From Octopus bimaculoides (taxonomy: Eukaryota): 64,000 bases of DNA. The stretch is taken from positions 20,288,545 to 20,352,544 of the forward strand of contig NC_068992.1 of the NCBI RefSeq assembly GCF_001194135.2, in the 5' to 3' direction. Below the pieces are notes generated by a model. That model made no database searches and was not told the DNA's origin. It saw only the letters and a program-made list of their open reading frames with translations. This document shows, piece by piece, positions 12,020 through 24,164 of the stretch (its first letter is position 1; the number at the start of each line of letters is the position of its first letter). Both the position numbers and the translations under genes were made by a program.

Positions 12020-14486
12020 NNNNNNNNNNNNNNNNNNNNNNNNNNNNNNNNNNNNNNNNNNNNNNNNNNNNNNNNNNNNNNNNNNNNNNNNNNNNNNNNN
12101 NNNNNNNNNNNNNNNNNNNNNNNNNNNNNNNNNNNNNNNNNNNNNNNNNNNNNNNNNNNNNNNNNNNNNNNNNNNNNNNNNNNNNNNNNNNNNNNNNNNN
12201 NNNNNNNNNNNNNNNNNNNNNNNNNNNNNNNNNNNNNNNNNNNNNNNNNNNNNNNNNNNNNNNNNNNNNNNNNNNNNNNNNNNNNNNNNNNNNNNNNNNN
12301 NNNNNNNNNNNNNNNNNNNNNNNNNNNNNNNNNNNNNNNNNNNNNNNNNNNNNNNNNNNNNNNNNNNNNNNNNNNNNNNNNNNNNNNNNNNNNNNNNNNN
12401 NNNNNNNNNNNNNNNNNNNNNNNNNNNNNNNNNNNNNNNNNNNNNNNNNNNNNNNNNNNNNNNNNNNNNNNNNNNNNNNNNNNNNNNNNNNNNNNNNNNN
12501 NNNNNNNNNNNNNNNNNNNNNNNNNNNNNNNNNNNNNNNNNATACATATATATATATATATAAAGCTATGTGTGAGAGCATCTGTATTTTTGCATTCACC
12601 TCAACACCGCTTGCCACACTGTGTAAGTTTGTTTACGTCCGTGTAAGTTAGCGATTCGTCATATGTACCAGGTTTACAAGAGACCAATTACTTCGACTAA
12701 AACCACCTCCAAGTAGGTGTCCCAGTATAATTGCACCCAAAGGACCGATGCATGTCACATGGGAAGTATGTTCACAACTAGTTATATTCACGCTTGTGTC
12801 TGGAAATTATAGTAATTTTTTCCCTATTACTCAGCGTCTACAAATTTCTATTTAAACCTAATCCTGTATAATACAAATAATAACAATCTTTTAAGAATCT
12901 GGTGTGCGAAAAAAAAAACTTCTACGTCTTACGATGGCGATGTTTAAACAGGAATAATATTACGACGAATGTGTTCCGTTATAATTCTGTTTATCTATCA
13001 GCTTTTATTTCACTTTTCGCGCCTCATTAATGAAATTTGCTTGAGGTGACGGTGTTTCATTTACGAGCAAATTATTATACAATAACACCCACATTCACAG
13101 AGTAGCATATAGATTTTTTATGCATATATGTGTAAATATGTATATAAATGGGTGTGAGTGTGTGTGCGCTTGTATGTGTGTGTGTGTTTGTGTATTTTCG
13201 TGTGTGTGTGTACATGTATATGTATATTTATAAGTATACATCTATGGTTTCGTGTGTCTATCTTTGTGCATGCCCCACCACCACCACCACCACCACCACA
13301 CTTGCTGTCCACTTAAATCAGTGCTTCAGTAGTTCCACAAAAAGAGTCCGGTAGAAGAAGCACAAGGCTTAGGAATAAAACAGTAAGTAGTGGAGACGAT
13401 CTATGTGACTAAACGACTGAAGGAGGTACCCCAGCAAGGTCGCAGTCTAATAGCAGAAACACGTAAAAGAGGACCGTAGATGGACCGTAGATGGCAGGTA
13501 AGNNNNNNNNNNTAAAAGAGGACCGTAGATGGACCGTAGATGGCAGGTAAGGCGATGTAAGGGCTACGGGAGGACCGTAGTTTGACTCTTGGTTCGATAG
13601 TAATACGAATGAAGAGTCTAACGTAGGTCATTCTACCCATTCAACACAGCACTTTCCTTGGATCATACAACTGCAACCATAACGTCCTACATATATTCTT
13701 TACTACATATATTTGTATTCTCTCATTTCCCATTATACTTCCTATATTCACCCTTTTTCCAACGTAAATTCTCATATTGAACTCTACTTTTTCCCCTTTA
13801 GTGGACTCTCTCATATCGTCTCTGACGAAGGGATATCCTAATATCTCCAAAGACCTATAAGACTAGTTTTCTCTTTATAAATGTACTACAAATTCCGCAC
13901 ACCCTTGGTTTTGTTGTCTCATTCTATTTAAATCACACACACACACACACACACGCACACATACATACATACACATACATATATATAGATCATACACACA
14001 CACATATATATATATATATCATACACACACACGCACACATACATACATACACATATATGTGTGTGCGTGTGTGTGTGTGTGCGTGTGTGTGTGTTGTATT
14101 TGGGATGGTCATGTTGCCAGTTTAGCCAATAAAATCACACGCACTGTATATTTGGTGTTAATTTGCAGCAGCTTTATATTACATTACATTACATTAATCN
14201 NNNNNNNNNNNNNNNNNNNNNNNNNNNNNNNNNNNNNNNNNNNNNNNNNNNNNNNNNNNNNNNNNNNNNNNNNNNNNNAGCCATTTTGTATTTTGTATTC
14301 CTCTTGTATGTGTCTACGCATGCGTATCCCTCTATGTGTGTCTATGTTTTGTAAGTGCATTTATTGGCTAAACTGCAACATGACCATCCCCAAATACAAC
14401 AACATCTGTTTCAACACATGATTTCACATCAAAAATCTTGCAAAACATATATATATATATAGATAGATAGATAGATAGATAGATAT

Positions 14487-14525
<39 letters not shown>

Positions 14526-14823
14526 TATATATATGAGAAAGAGAGGTTGAGTTCAATTACAACAGTTTTACTTTAGGAAATACCTGATCCGAGGTCTTAA
14601 GGACGACATCGATGCGATTTAAGTCCTTGCCGCAGCATTAGCCATGCTGGTTTGAATGTAAAAGATCTTGACTCTCCAATAGGCCAGGTGTCTTTGATCT
14701 CACCACCGTTTCAAACACTTTGATGACATGAGATGTGAGTGAGATTGGCTGATAGCTCACTGCAGTTTCTGCAGAGGTGTGTTAGAGGGGCTGCAAATTA
14801 ATGTCTACATTCCTTTAGGACAC

Positions 14824-14858
<35 letters not shown>

Positions 14859-15700
14859 ACACGCAAAGACATATATGTATAGAGCATACACTCACGCACA
14901 CACACACATACACACACACATATCTATATATATATACATACACACATGCACACACACACATATACATATATAGAAACGTCCACCCACTCATACACACACA
15001 AACACAACACATATTCACTTTACATTTATCATTGTATTCAGTCGGAGGTTCTGTATCACAAACGGAACAGATGATTTCAACTTCTTTTGTGAATTGCCTC
15101 ACAATGTCCTAAAGGCAACGAATGTCGTTTGAATGTATTTTGTGTTTGATACCTCCATTCAAATACAAACGTTGACATATGTAATGTCAAAATACGGTAT
15201 ATTATTAGAAAACTACATATTTAAACTTATTTAATGCAGTCTGAATACGTATATATATTATTTATAACACCTGGAAGAATATCCTTCATTTCCTCTCGCC
15301 GTAAATGGAATTTTATCCAGGAAGAATTGACGTCATCAGTTAGACTCCAAAAATCATTGGGTGTTTCACCTTCCTGTTCAACAGTCAGCAGTGAGGTCCA
15401 TATCACTGCTTAACTTCTCCTCCTGGCCTCCATCTTAACTCCTCTCTCTTGTTCCATAATCAGCAATAGACCCTTCCTGTTGTATGTTCCATGTTTGCTC
15501 TTTTCATCTCATTTCATTAGTTCCAAGCACCTTCAGTACCGACTGGCAGGGAACCCTCTACAACCAAGCTGTAACTCTGCAGAAGGCGTTTTTACTTCGC
15601 ATGCTTCCTTTCAAAGACCAGATCGCACTCTTTTATCCGGGGGCCTGTAAACTCGATCAAAGCTGAGGTTTAATATGAATTACTTTGTTTGTCTTTGCAG

Positions 15701-15988
15701 TTTTACCTGACGTACGCTTACCAATTAAGCGAATGGGACAAATCCGAGGGAAAGAAACTATTTTGGATTGCATGATAACTGCCGTGCCTTTAGGAGGTAT
15801 GTCATGGGAAAGAAATGGAGTTACACTGAAGAAATCTTGGAAATATCGGATTGAACCTTACGATGAATCTGGAAATTCCTATACACTTAGCATTCGCATT
15901 ATTGACTTGAACAAAGATGATTTCGGAGAATACACATGTGTGGCTTCGAATATATTAGGCGAAGATCAAGAAACGATGATTTTGTACG
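15701..15988 (+). CDS. Internal exon: complete I-set-like Ig domain
   Basis: Acceptor gtctttgcag|TT, donor TACG|gtaagt; 288 nt, phase 1-1. LPDVRLPIKRMGQIRGKETILDCMITAVPLGGMSWERNG...YTLSIRIIDLNKDDFGEYTCVASNILGEDQETMILY has the Ig Cys, Trp and D-x-G-x-Y-x-C core. Lies within ORF 15685..15996. Confidence 0.96.
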
Positions 15989-16210
15989 GTAAGTGATGTT
16001 TGTATTGCCCTATTACTATTTCGTTATAAGTATAAATTGATATTGCCATTTAAAACAAAAAGGGATCAGAACTAAAAGTTATAACGAATAGCTTTCATAT
16101 TTGCCATACAATAAACAGAATGTCGTTCAAACGGGAACAACAATCATGGTTTAATTAGGTTTAAAAAGGAATAAAGGAACGAGAAAAGGATACACTACTC
16201 ATTCCATTGT

Positions 16211-16300
16211 GTAGAAGGGCGAAGTCTCGAAACTTCAGAAATGTGTCCGTTTTTCCTGAGCGTCAAACTAATACACCTAGTTTCTTGTTCCATCACCTGT

Positions 16301-16329
<29 letters not shown>
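16211..16329 (+). repeat. Dispersed repeat ending in poly-T, homologous to the inverted copy at 36142-36250; possibly a Penelope-type terminus
   Basis: Shared blocks ctcgaaact, gagcgt(c/t)aaactaataca and a terminal gtcttttt with the reverse complement of 36142-36250. Confidence 0.55.
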
Positions 16330-16333
<4 letters not shown>

Positions 16334-17095
16334 GTTTTGAGCCATATATGACATGCGTTCTCGTAATCTCCGAAGTTTGATCGTGTCTAACTGGACTTCC
16401 TCCTCTTTTGGACTCTAATCGTGCTTCGAACCTTCTTCTTGAACAATTGTTATTTCTCCTGAACCGACCACTTTACCACTACGCTACCTGGATCACCATT
16501 GGAACTTTATTCTTCTCGTATTCTACCATCACGGATCTTATTGTACATTATCTTTAATTTGTATAAAATTAATAGAATAACTAGATGCCATTTTATGCAT
16601 TAGAATCGTAAAGAAACAACTTGTCTTTTATTATACTTTCTCATTTTATTTATTCTGTGATTTCAATCGTCGCATCTAACTGATACATAACTGTATGTCA
16701 ATTGTTTAGAAAATTATTCCAGTTTAAACCACATGGTTCGTAAGCTGTGAAGAGCTTAGTATATGTTTGAAGTTTCACTAAAGTTTAGGGTTATGTTCCA
16801 AATAGTTTCAGTTGATTCAAAATTTGAATAAATGTATACAATATGTTTTAGAGACTTATCTGTTCTGACATAGTACAATTTACCAATATTAGTATACAAC
16901 ATTGAATAAGCAACGAACAGATAACAAGTATTATTAAACATATATATTTCACTTAATTATATGATCAGAAAGTTCATATTGTTGAAGTTCGTAATAATAT
17001 ATTGAAAGTAAATATTTTTGATATGTTGATATTATAATTTTGTATAATTTACGTTGAAGTATTTGTTAGATCTGCATTTCATATATTTCAAATTC

Positions 17096-17143
<48 letters not shown>

Positions 17144-17188
17144 CATACCTGTTTCAATGAGTGTTTATAATATGCTTTCATTAAACAG

Positions 17189-17365
17189 ATGCAACTGCAG
17201 AGAAAGAAGAAATTTCACCACCTAGAGTGAGTAATCATGATAAGAACAAAGATTCCACAACTAGGAAAAATGGGAAATCGAGAATGGGAAATCCGCCACG
17301 CACGGATATAAGATCTGACATACCAACGCCGCCAGATGACACCAGATCACCTCATCGACTTGGTG
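17189..17365 (+). CDS. Internal exon: low-complexity charged/Pro-rich stalk
   Basis: Acceptor ctttcattaaacag|AT, donor GGTG|gtacgt; 177 nt, phase 1-1, in frame with the preceding exon: (D)ATAEKEEISPPRVSNHDKNKDSTTRKNGKSRMGNPPRTDIRSDIPTPPDDTRSPHRLG. Overlaps ORF 17227..17430. Confidence 0.8.
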
Positions 17366-18247
17366 GTACGTATGTCTTTCTTGCATGTAATGATACTCAA
17401 AATGTTCATATTCAAACTACTTTACACTAAAATTTCAATGAGTATAAACTGAACGTGAAATACTCTATTTCATATCGTACATCATTAATACAAATATATA
17501 TTCAAGTTCATACAAAACTACGTACAGAATCGCTTTGAATCTGAACCGCTTCAATCATGTACATAATCTGTTTTATTATAACGTTTGATTCATGAAAAAT
17601 TCATTTTATAATACAACTAAAATTTCCGTATACAATTTAATATGAAATACAATAATGATTTTTTTTTTAGCATTCATATCAAAAAAGATTAGACCATATT
17701 TCGATGATCATGCACTTAAACTTTGACTACACATTCTACTCTAGATCATACATCAATCTGGTGATTATACATCATACTACTGTCTTTACATCAAGCTAGC
17801 GGATGTGCATATACTACTAACAATAAATGCACCTCTCTATTAATCCTTTCAAACAGTATTGTTCATCCTTCATATTATTCATACTATCAATCATGCAACA
17901 TTTTTTATCATGTATGTTAATGAATATAACTGGATATTGCTGGTATTTTCCATCAAATTTCAGATACTATATAATCCTACTAGTCATATTTTGTATTATT
18001 GATAATCGATATTATACGAATATCACAGATGATTAAAGTGATCTTACATACCAATATACCGATCGTATGTCACATGACTTAGTATGCATCTTACCACTGA
18101 TCGTGCCACTGATCATACACCATAGAAATGATCATTTATATTGCATCATGGTACTGATGTCAACATTGAGGAATCCATAATAGCACGCATCAAAAATCCT
18201 AGAACACATCATACATTAACGTCCTTACTATACTCTGAGACTACATG

Positions 18248-18544
18248 GGTTCCAGTTGATCCGATCAACGGAACATCCATCACGTGAAATTAACCTGCAA
18301 TTGACTGAACACTTCAGAAACGCGTGTACCCTTAATGTAGTCCACGGGAAGTTTCAGCGTGACACAAAGAGTGACAACGCCGGCCCTTTGAAATTAAAGT
18401 ACTACTCATTTTAGTCAGCTGAGTGAGCTGGGGCAACGTGAAATAAAGTGTCTTGCTCAAGGACACAACGAGTTGACGAGAATTGAACTCACGACATTAC
18501 GATCGTAAGGCGATTATCCTAATCACTAGGCCACGCGCCTTCAC
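18248..18544 (-). mobile_element. tRNA-derived SINE with CORE-like centre and family-A 3' module, antisense in the last intron
   Basis: Reverse complement: tRNA-like head gtgaaggcgcgtggcctagtgattagg, centre gtgtccttgagcaagacactttatttcacgttgc, and a 3' ~150 nt (ttcaaaggg...gttgatcggatcaactggaaccc) shared with 32405 and 40052. Confidence 0.8.
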
Positions 18545-19216
18545 TCACCGCTATAATTCAGAGTTTAATAACGATGCAATTATAACGTGAGGCTATTTAA
18601 AAAAATATAAGTAGTGTGGTTTACAGTGCTTCGATTTCAATCTATACCTGAAGTAATTTCATTCTTTTTATTCCAATAATACTTTCAGTAAGAACAGTTT
18701 AGTTGACGAAGTTAAACTACGAACAATGCCAAAGTAAGGCAACCAGCTAAAATGGTTTATTTTCAATAAATAACATCGGATTCTATTAGTTTGTCAACAG
18801 AATTTCTTGTAAAATACGTAGACACATTGCTGAACATGAAACAAAAAAATATTTAAAAGTGACTGAACGAAGAAAGTCATAGAAGTCAAATTATTCCTCA
18901 AGCAAGTTAATGAATTGATGAAAGAAGGGGTATAAATGATTGCGTGCTGAAGTATTTTCTCCAATGAATAGCCGCTACACACAATAAAGCAGTATACCAT
19001 CTCTCAACATTCTCACAAACAGTGTTGCACACATTTCAGACAATATTTCACTGAAGCAAAGCCAGTTATTACTTATTTTGTAATCACATCATTTCACTTT
19101 AAACGCACCACTAATGTCTTTGAAAAATGTAAATGCTGATTACTTTTCTCTGTTCTGAATGTCCATGTTATCATGTTTAAACAAACGGCTAATTTATTTC
19201 AATTTTCTCTTGACAG

Positions 19217-19332
19217 GTACTCTCTTCCCACCCAATATAGGCAGCGGTGAATGTAGATTAGAATGGAATGGAAGACTATCGCTTTCGCTTGTCAGCTTAT
19301 TCATTGCATTGCTTTGTTTCTATATGGAGTAA
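19217..19332 (+). CDS. Terminal coding exon: GPI-anchor signal
   Basis: Acceptor aattttctcttgacag|GT. Translates (G)TLFPPNIGSGECRLEWNGRLSLSLVSLFIALLCFYME*: small-residue cluster (G-S-G), polar spacer, hydrophobic C-terminus with no cytoplasmic tail. Confidence 0.82.
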
Positions 19333-20133
19333 ATTAAAAGCAGACATTTTGGTAATGTACTGCTTTGCCTCTGCCCGATTTCCAGGCTCCTCACAAGAAT
19401 ATTGTTGTTTTTTCCATAGAATGCGACAATGTTTTGCAAATTTAAAATCCATATAATTTTCTTTGAAAGAAATATGAAATGGTTGTTGCAAACAAAATTG
19501 GCCTACAAAAACACATTTCCAGAGACTCTCAGGTTTTCTTTGAATTATACGTGTTTATATTTTGCTATAATATCGTAAATTGACGGTATCAACCAAAAAT
19601 ACTAATTGAAAGGCATTGATGAGAAATTGTGTGCGTGAAAGAAAAGAAGAAACCTAAACAGTGAGACAGGCAGAGAGAGAGAAAGAGAAAGAGTATAGGA
19701 AAAGAGGGAGAGGAAAGAAAACGTGGAGGGGAAGAAGAAAAATATATAAAGAAATTATTAAGCGTGAAGGGGAGATTACAAATAGAGTATCATCAAAGAA
19801 CTTAAATACAAGAATTAAACGAACCTGGTAAATACAATTCAGGGAACATTGAGCAACACTTCCTAATCTCCAATTGTTGCGTTAAGATATTTATGTGTGT
19901 GTACTTTTATACACATCTATGCTTGCATACATTTACACGCCGCATCGATTAACATGAATTTACACGCACATATCACTTTAGCGTCATACACTCAATCGTT
20001 TAGACTACATGTCTATAATTCATGCGCATGTACAGAAAAACGTACTACACACAGACATACAGACATAGACACAGATACAAAAATACACGCTTGCGACTAT
20101 GTATATATACATATATATATATGTATGTACTAC

Positions 20134-20169
<36 letters not shown>

Positions 20170-22337
20170 NNNNNNNNNNNNNNNNNNNNNNNNNNNNNNN
20201 NNNNNNNNNNNNNNNNNNNNNNNNNNNNNNNNNNNNNNNNNNNNNNNNNNNNNNNNNNNNNNNNNNNNNNNNNNNNNNNNNNNNNNNNNNNNNNNNNNNN
20301 NNNNNNNNNNNNNNNNNNNNNNNNNNNNNNNNNNNNNNNNNNNNNNNNNNNNNNNNNNNNNNNNNNNNNNNNNNNNNNNNNNNNNNNNNNNNNNNNNNNN
20401 NNNNNNNNNNNNNNNNNNNNNNNNNNNNNNAAAAAGGAAACGTAACAACCAAAGTTTAAGATGATTATCTGTTCTCTTTTTTTTCTTCGAATTTCATTGC
20501 AAAAACAAAGAATGGAAACAAAACAATTAAACGATTTATTTGCCTATAATTAGTTGCTTCAGAAATAAATAAATATATAAATAAATATATTGCTTGGTAA
20601 TGTTTTGCTGGACTCAGATAACAAGCAGCTGTTATACATGATATTTCTGCCAGAAGAGATGTAAGGTGTCTGTTAATAGGGTGACTTGTGAAGTCAAATT
20701 CTGAACGATACTCCAATTCTGAACAACTTTGAGAAGAAAAAAAGCACGGAAAATAAAAAAAAAGGAAAACAAATTCAAAAACTAAAAAGAGAAAATGAAA
20801 ATACATACAAAACTACAAATTTCTGTACTCACCTTCCATACTTTCATTCTTTTACTTCCCCTTCTACTTATTTTTGTTTGTTTATTTTGATATACTGCAG
20901 TGGCGCCGCCGTGTATTGGCAAAAACTTTAAATAGCCGCTGCATATGTTTATCTATCAACATATAATAATTTTGACGATAATAATACGTCTATATTAAAT
21001 TAGTACGAATTCAAAATGGAAAGAATGAAAAACAAAAGGACTGAAATAATAAGTTATCTTTGTCTTCTGTATTTCATAAGTTGCTGTTACTCTTGTATAT
21101 ATGTCTTGAAAAGCTACCGTTAATATTTTTCTTCGTCTTTTTGAAAACAAGATGAACGAAATATGTTAAACATTACAAATTGCCTTCAAATACATTATTA
21201 TTGACCATGGAATAATGACAGCAGGAGGAGTATTATTATAACAATAGTCATAATAATAATAAATGTTATTATTATTATTAGTTTTTCTTATTTATATTAT
21301 TTTAATTTTAAAGGCTGCGGAGGGAAAATAGGCTAAGGGCTGGAGTAAATACAACATGGTATTTAGTTGTGTTCCTTTGCAAGGTGTGACTTCGTCATTC
21401 CTATTTGAATTTCAAGATAAAAAAATGTATCAGGCAAATACTCGTGTTGATTTCATCAATAGGAGCTCTCTTAATAAACACTGATTTTTTTTCTTTAATT
21501 TTGTGCATATGTTAGAAATATATTTTTCCTCAATGACTATCGTGAAAAATTAATTGTAGCCATTGATGATCACACAAAATCTTTTATGTCCACTTGTTTA
21601 TAACTTTTTTTTTAACATTCCATAAATTTGGAAAATGCATTAAAAGGTTTCGAAGTATTCTAGTTAATGCAGAAGGAATATGCCCATTATAATATAGAAA
21701 AACAAATGGGATAAAAAAATATTTGAATATTAAGATATCCGAGGATATTAATGATAAAATAACAATAGGTCTTATAATGTAAATGTTGGTAAAAAATACA
21801 CATGCAATGATAAAATAGTTAAGATGTACAGAAATATCGCAAGAAGTTTATACCAAATTGGTGTATCCGATTAATTATCAGTATAGACCTTTAAATGAAT
21901 ACACCTTTGAAATTCTTACATAGTGAGGGAGAAAAACTCACACTTTCAGAGAAAAGTAAGTAATATAGCAAACTGTATAATAACTCAAGCAGAACCATGC
22001 TCAAAATGGTCTGAAACTTAAAAGAAGTAAAAGCCTGGAGAATAGAATCGATGTGGATTTGGACCACTTGAGAGTTAAAACAACATTATATTAATATCTT
22101 TACAAACCTGTTCTAGAGAACGAGGATTGTCAATAAATAGACTGTACGGATATCGTATAGATACATTTCTAGAAAATTGGTCTAAGACCGCAATGAAGTC
22201 TTCGTGAATAAGGGAGAAAAACGTCAGTAGTACCAACTGTAATTCTAAACTGGGTAACACTAATGAGCACACATAAATATATAAATATATTTATGTATTC
22301 CTTTCTTATTAATTCAGCTCTATACGCATGTGCTTAT

Positions 22338-22443
<106 letters not shown>

Positions 22444-24020
22444 GCATATAAATATGTGTGTGTGTATGTGTATATGCATATGCATATCAAGTTTATATAT
22501 GTGTGCGTGTATGCGTGTGTGTGTATGTGTGTGTTAGAGAAGCTGAATAGGCAATAACAGTTCAACACAGGCAACATAGATATATGTTTCAATAGCATGT
22601 TTATTTACTACACAATCAGAGATCACACACCAATTCATCAGTCATCGGTTGTTAAATATGTGACGTCAAAGAGGATCGATCTCCGAAAATCTAAAGAAGG
22701 ATTATACCTAGATCATATCAATCTTAGGAGAGTTTGAAAAAGAAACTTACCCAATAAAATGTCGTTAATGTAGTACGGGCAACTTTAAAAATTAGCTGCG
22801 ATCAACATTCATCTACCATCAGTATGCTTACTGCTACTAGGCAGAAATTATTTTGAATTGTGTTCATAATTTATGACCAGTCCTCTGACACATGCACTGC
22901 TTTAGGAGCCACGCTTATGTGAAAGCAATGTAAGATGAACCAACTGCCGTTTCACTCTAAAAAATATGATTAGAACTAATTAAGATACATAAGCATAAAC
23001 ATTCATTAGATAAAACCTTCATGGAATTCATCAGATGAAATATTTAGGACTGATGAATATAATTAAAAACTTCAATTGATATAAAATCCATTTTAGAATG
23101 CGCTGATAATGCTATATTAACGATGTTTCAATGGATTATTTCCCTTTTCAAACACTCCTATGACTGATATGATGGAAGTTTAATCTTCATATGGTTTTCA
23201 GTGCAGTCAACTTCTATCAACTGATAATTCAGAAGCTTGATGAAATGGTAAATGATTTATGATTGCGTAAAGCCCCAATTATGAATATGTAACTTTGTTA
23301 TTAAAACAAATGTAACATGTATTAAACTATTATTGTCTATCCATTTTCTTCAATTTTATTTCTTTCCGCATGATATGCGGTCAAGTAACTAACGTTATTA
23401 GTGTTATGGAATATCTGATATCATTTAACAATTGAGATTTAGTTATTAAAATTACTAGTTAGAAGATAAAACGGGGATATCAATTTAGTAGTAAACTTAC
23501 TGTACACGCTGTCAGCCAATCACATGCTACAAGTTACCGAACTAATAACCACTATAGAGAGGATCTAAACCAATTCATACATATATACACACATAAATAC
23601 AAACATATATACATATATATATTTATATATACACACCTATATATAGTCACACATATACGCACACGCACACACACACATATATATATATGTATACACACAC
23701 ATACATACAGAGAGAGACACAGGTAGATTGCTAGATAGATAAATGTATTATTTTTATCTGTTTATTTCATCAAGGTTACAATTTAATTATATTTACCTTT
23801 ATATCCACACATCTTTTTTGCATGACCCTTCGATTTTATACTGTTTAAAACATTTTGGTTCTATCTAGTCCAATATATTTGGTTTTACATCATGAAATTT
23901 AACTACATCAACTTCGCAAAAATCTAATTTTAACAGACTTTTGCTGTAATCAAATATTTCCATTATGTGTCGAGACAAATATATATCTATACACATATAT
24001 ATGTATATATACATAAGTGC

Positions 24021-24075
<55 letters not shown>

Positions 24076-24121
24076 CACATACATACAAATACACTTATAT
24101 GTACGTTCACATTTACGTGTA

Positions 24122-24164
<43 letters not shown>

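Larger units (their letters stand above)
3624..19332 (+). other. Partial gene model (last 4 coding exons): GPI-anchored Ig-superfamily adhesion protein, lachesin/DIP/IgLON-like
   Basis: Exons 3624-3752, 15701-15988, 17189-17365 and 19217-19332 have AG/GT boundaries, are all joined in phase 1, and splice into one stop-free frame ending at TAA 19330-19332. The order Ig-Ig-stalk-hydrophobic tail matches lachesin/DIP/IgLON proteins. 5' exons were not found in 1-3623. Confidence 0.9.

Noticed and set aside
13464-13551. 39-bp direct repeat (with internal ggaccgtagat repeats) around a 10-N gap, superficially array-like
   Set aside because: The copies flank a placeholder gap, there are only two, and there are no unique spacers; not CRISPR and probably an artefact.
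15685-15700. ORF-track start MFVFAV for the Ig ORF and its GK* end
   Set aside because: These residues are the intronic polypyrimidine tract/acceptor and the donor read-through; the true exon is 15701-15988.
17700-18240. Cryptic recurrence of catcatac/actgatc words in the last intron
   Set aside because: No consistent period; best explained as a decayed simple repeat.
19211-19222. AG|GT at the last-exon acceptor, resembling a recursive splice site
   Set aside because: The regenerated donor (gtactc) is weak and no downstream exon was found to use it.
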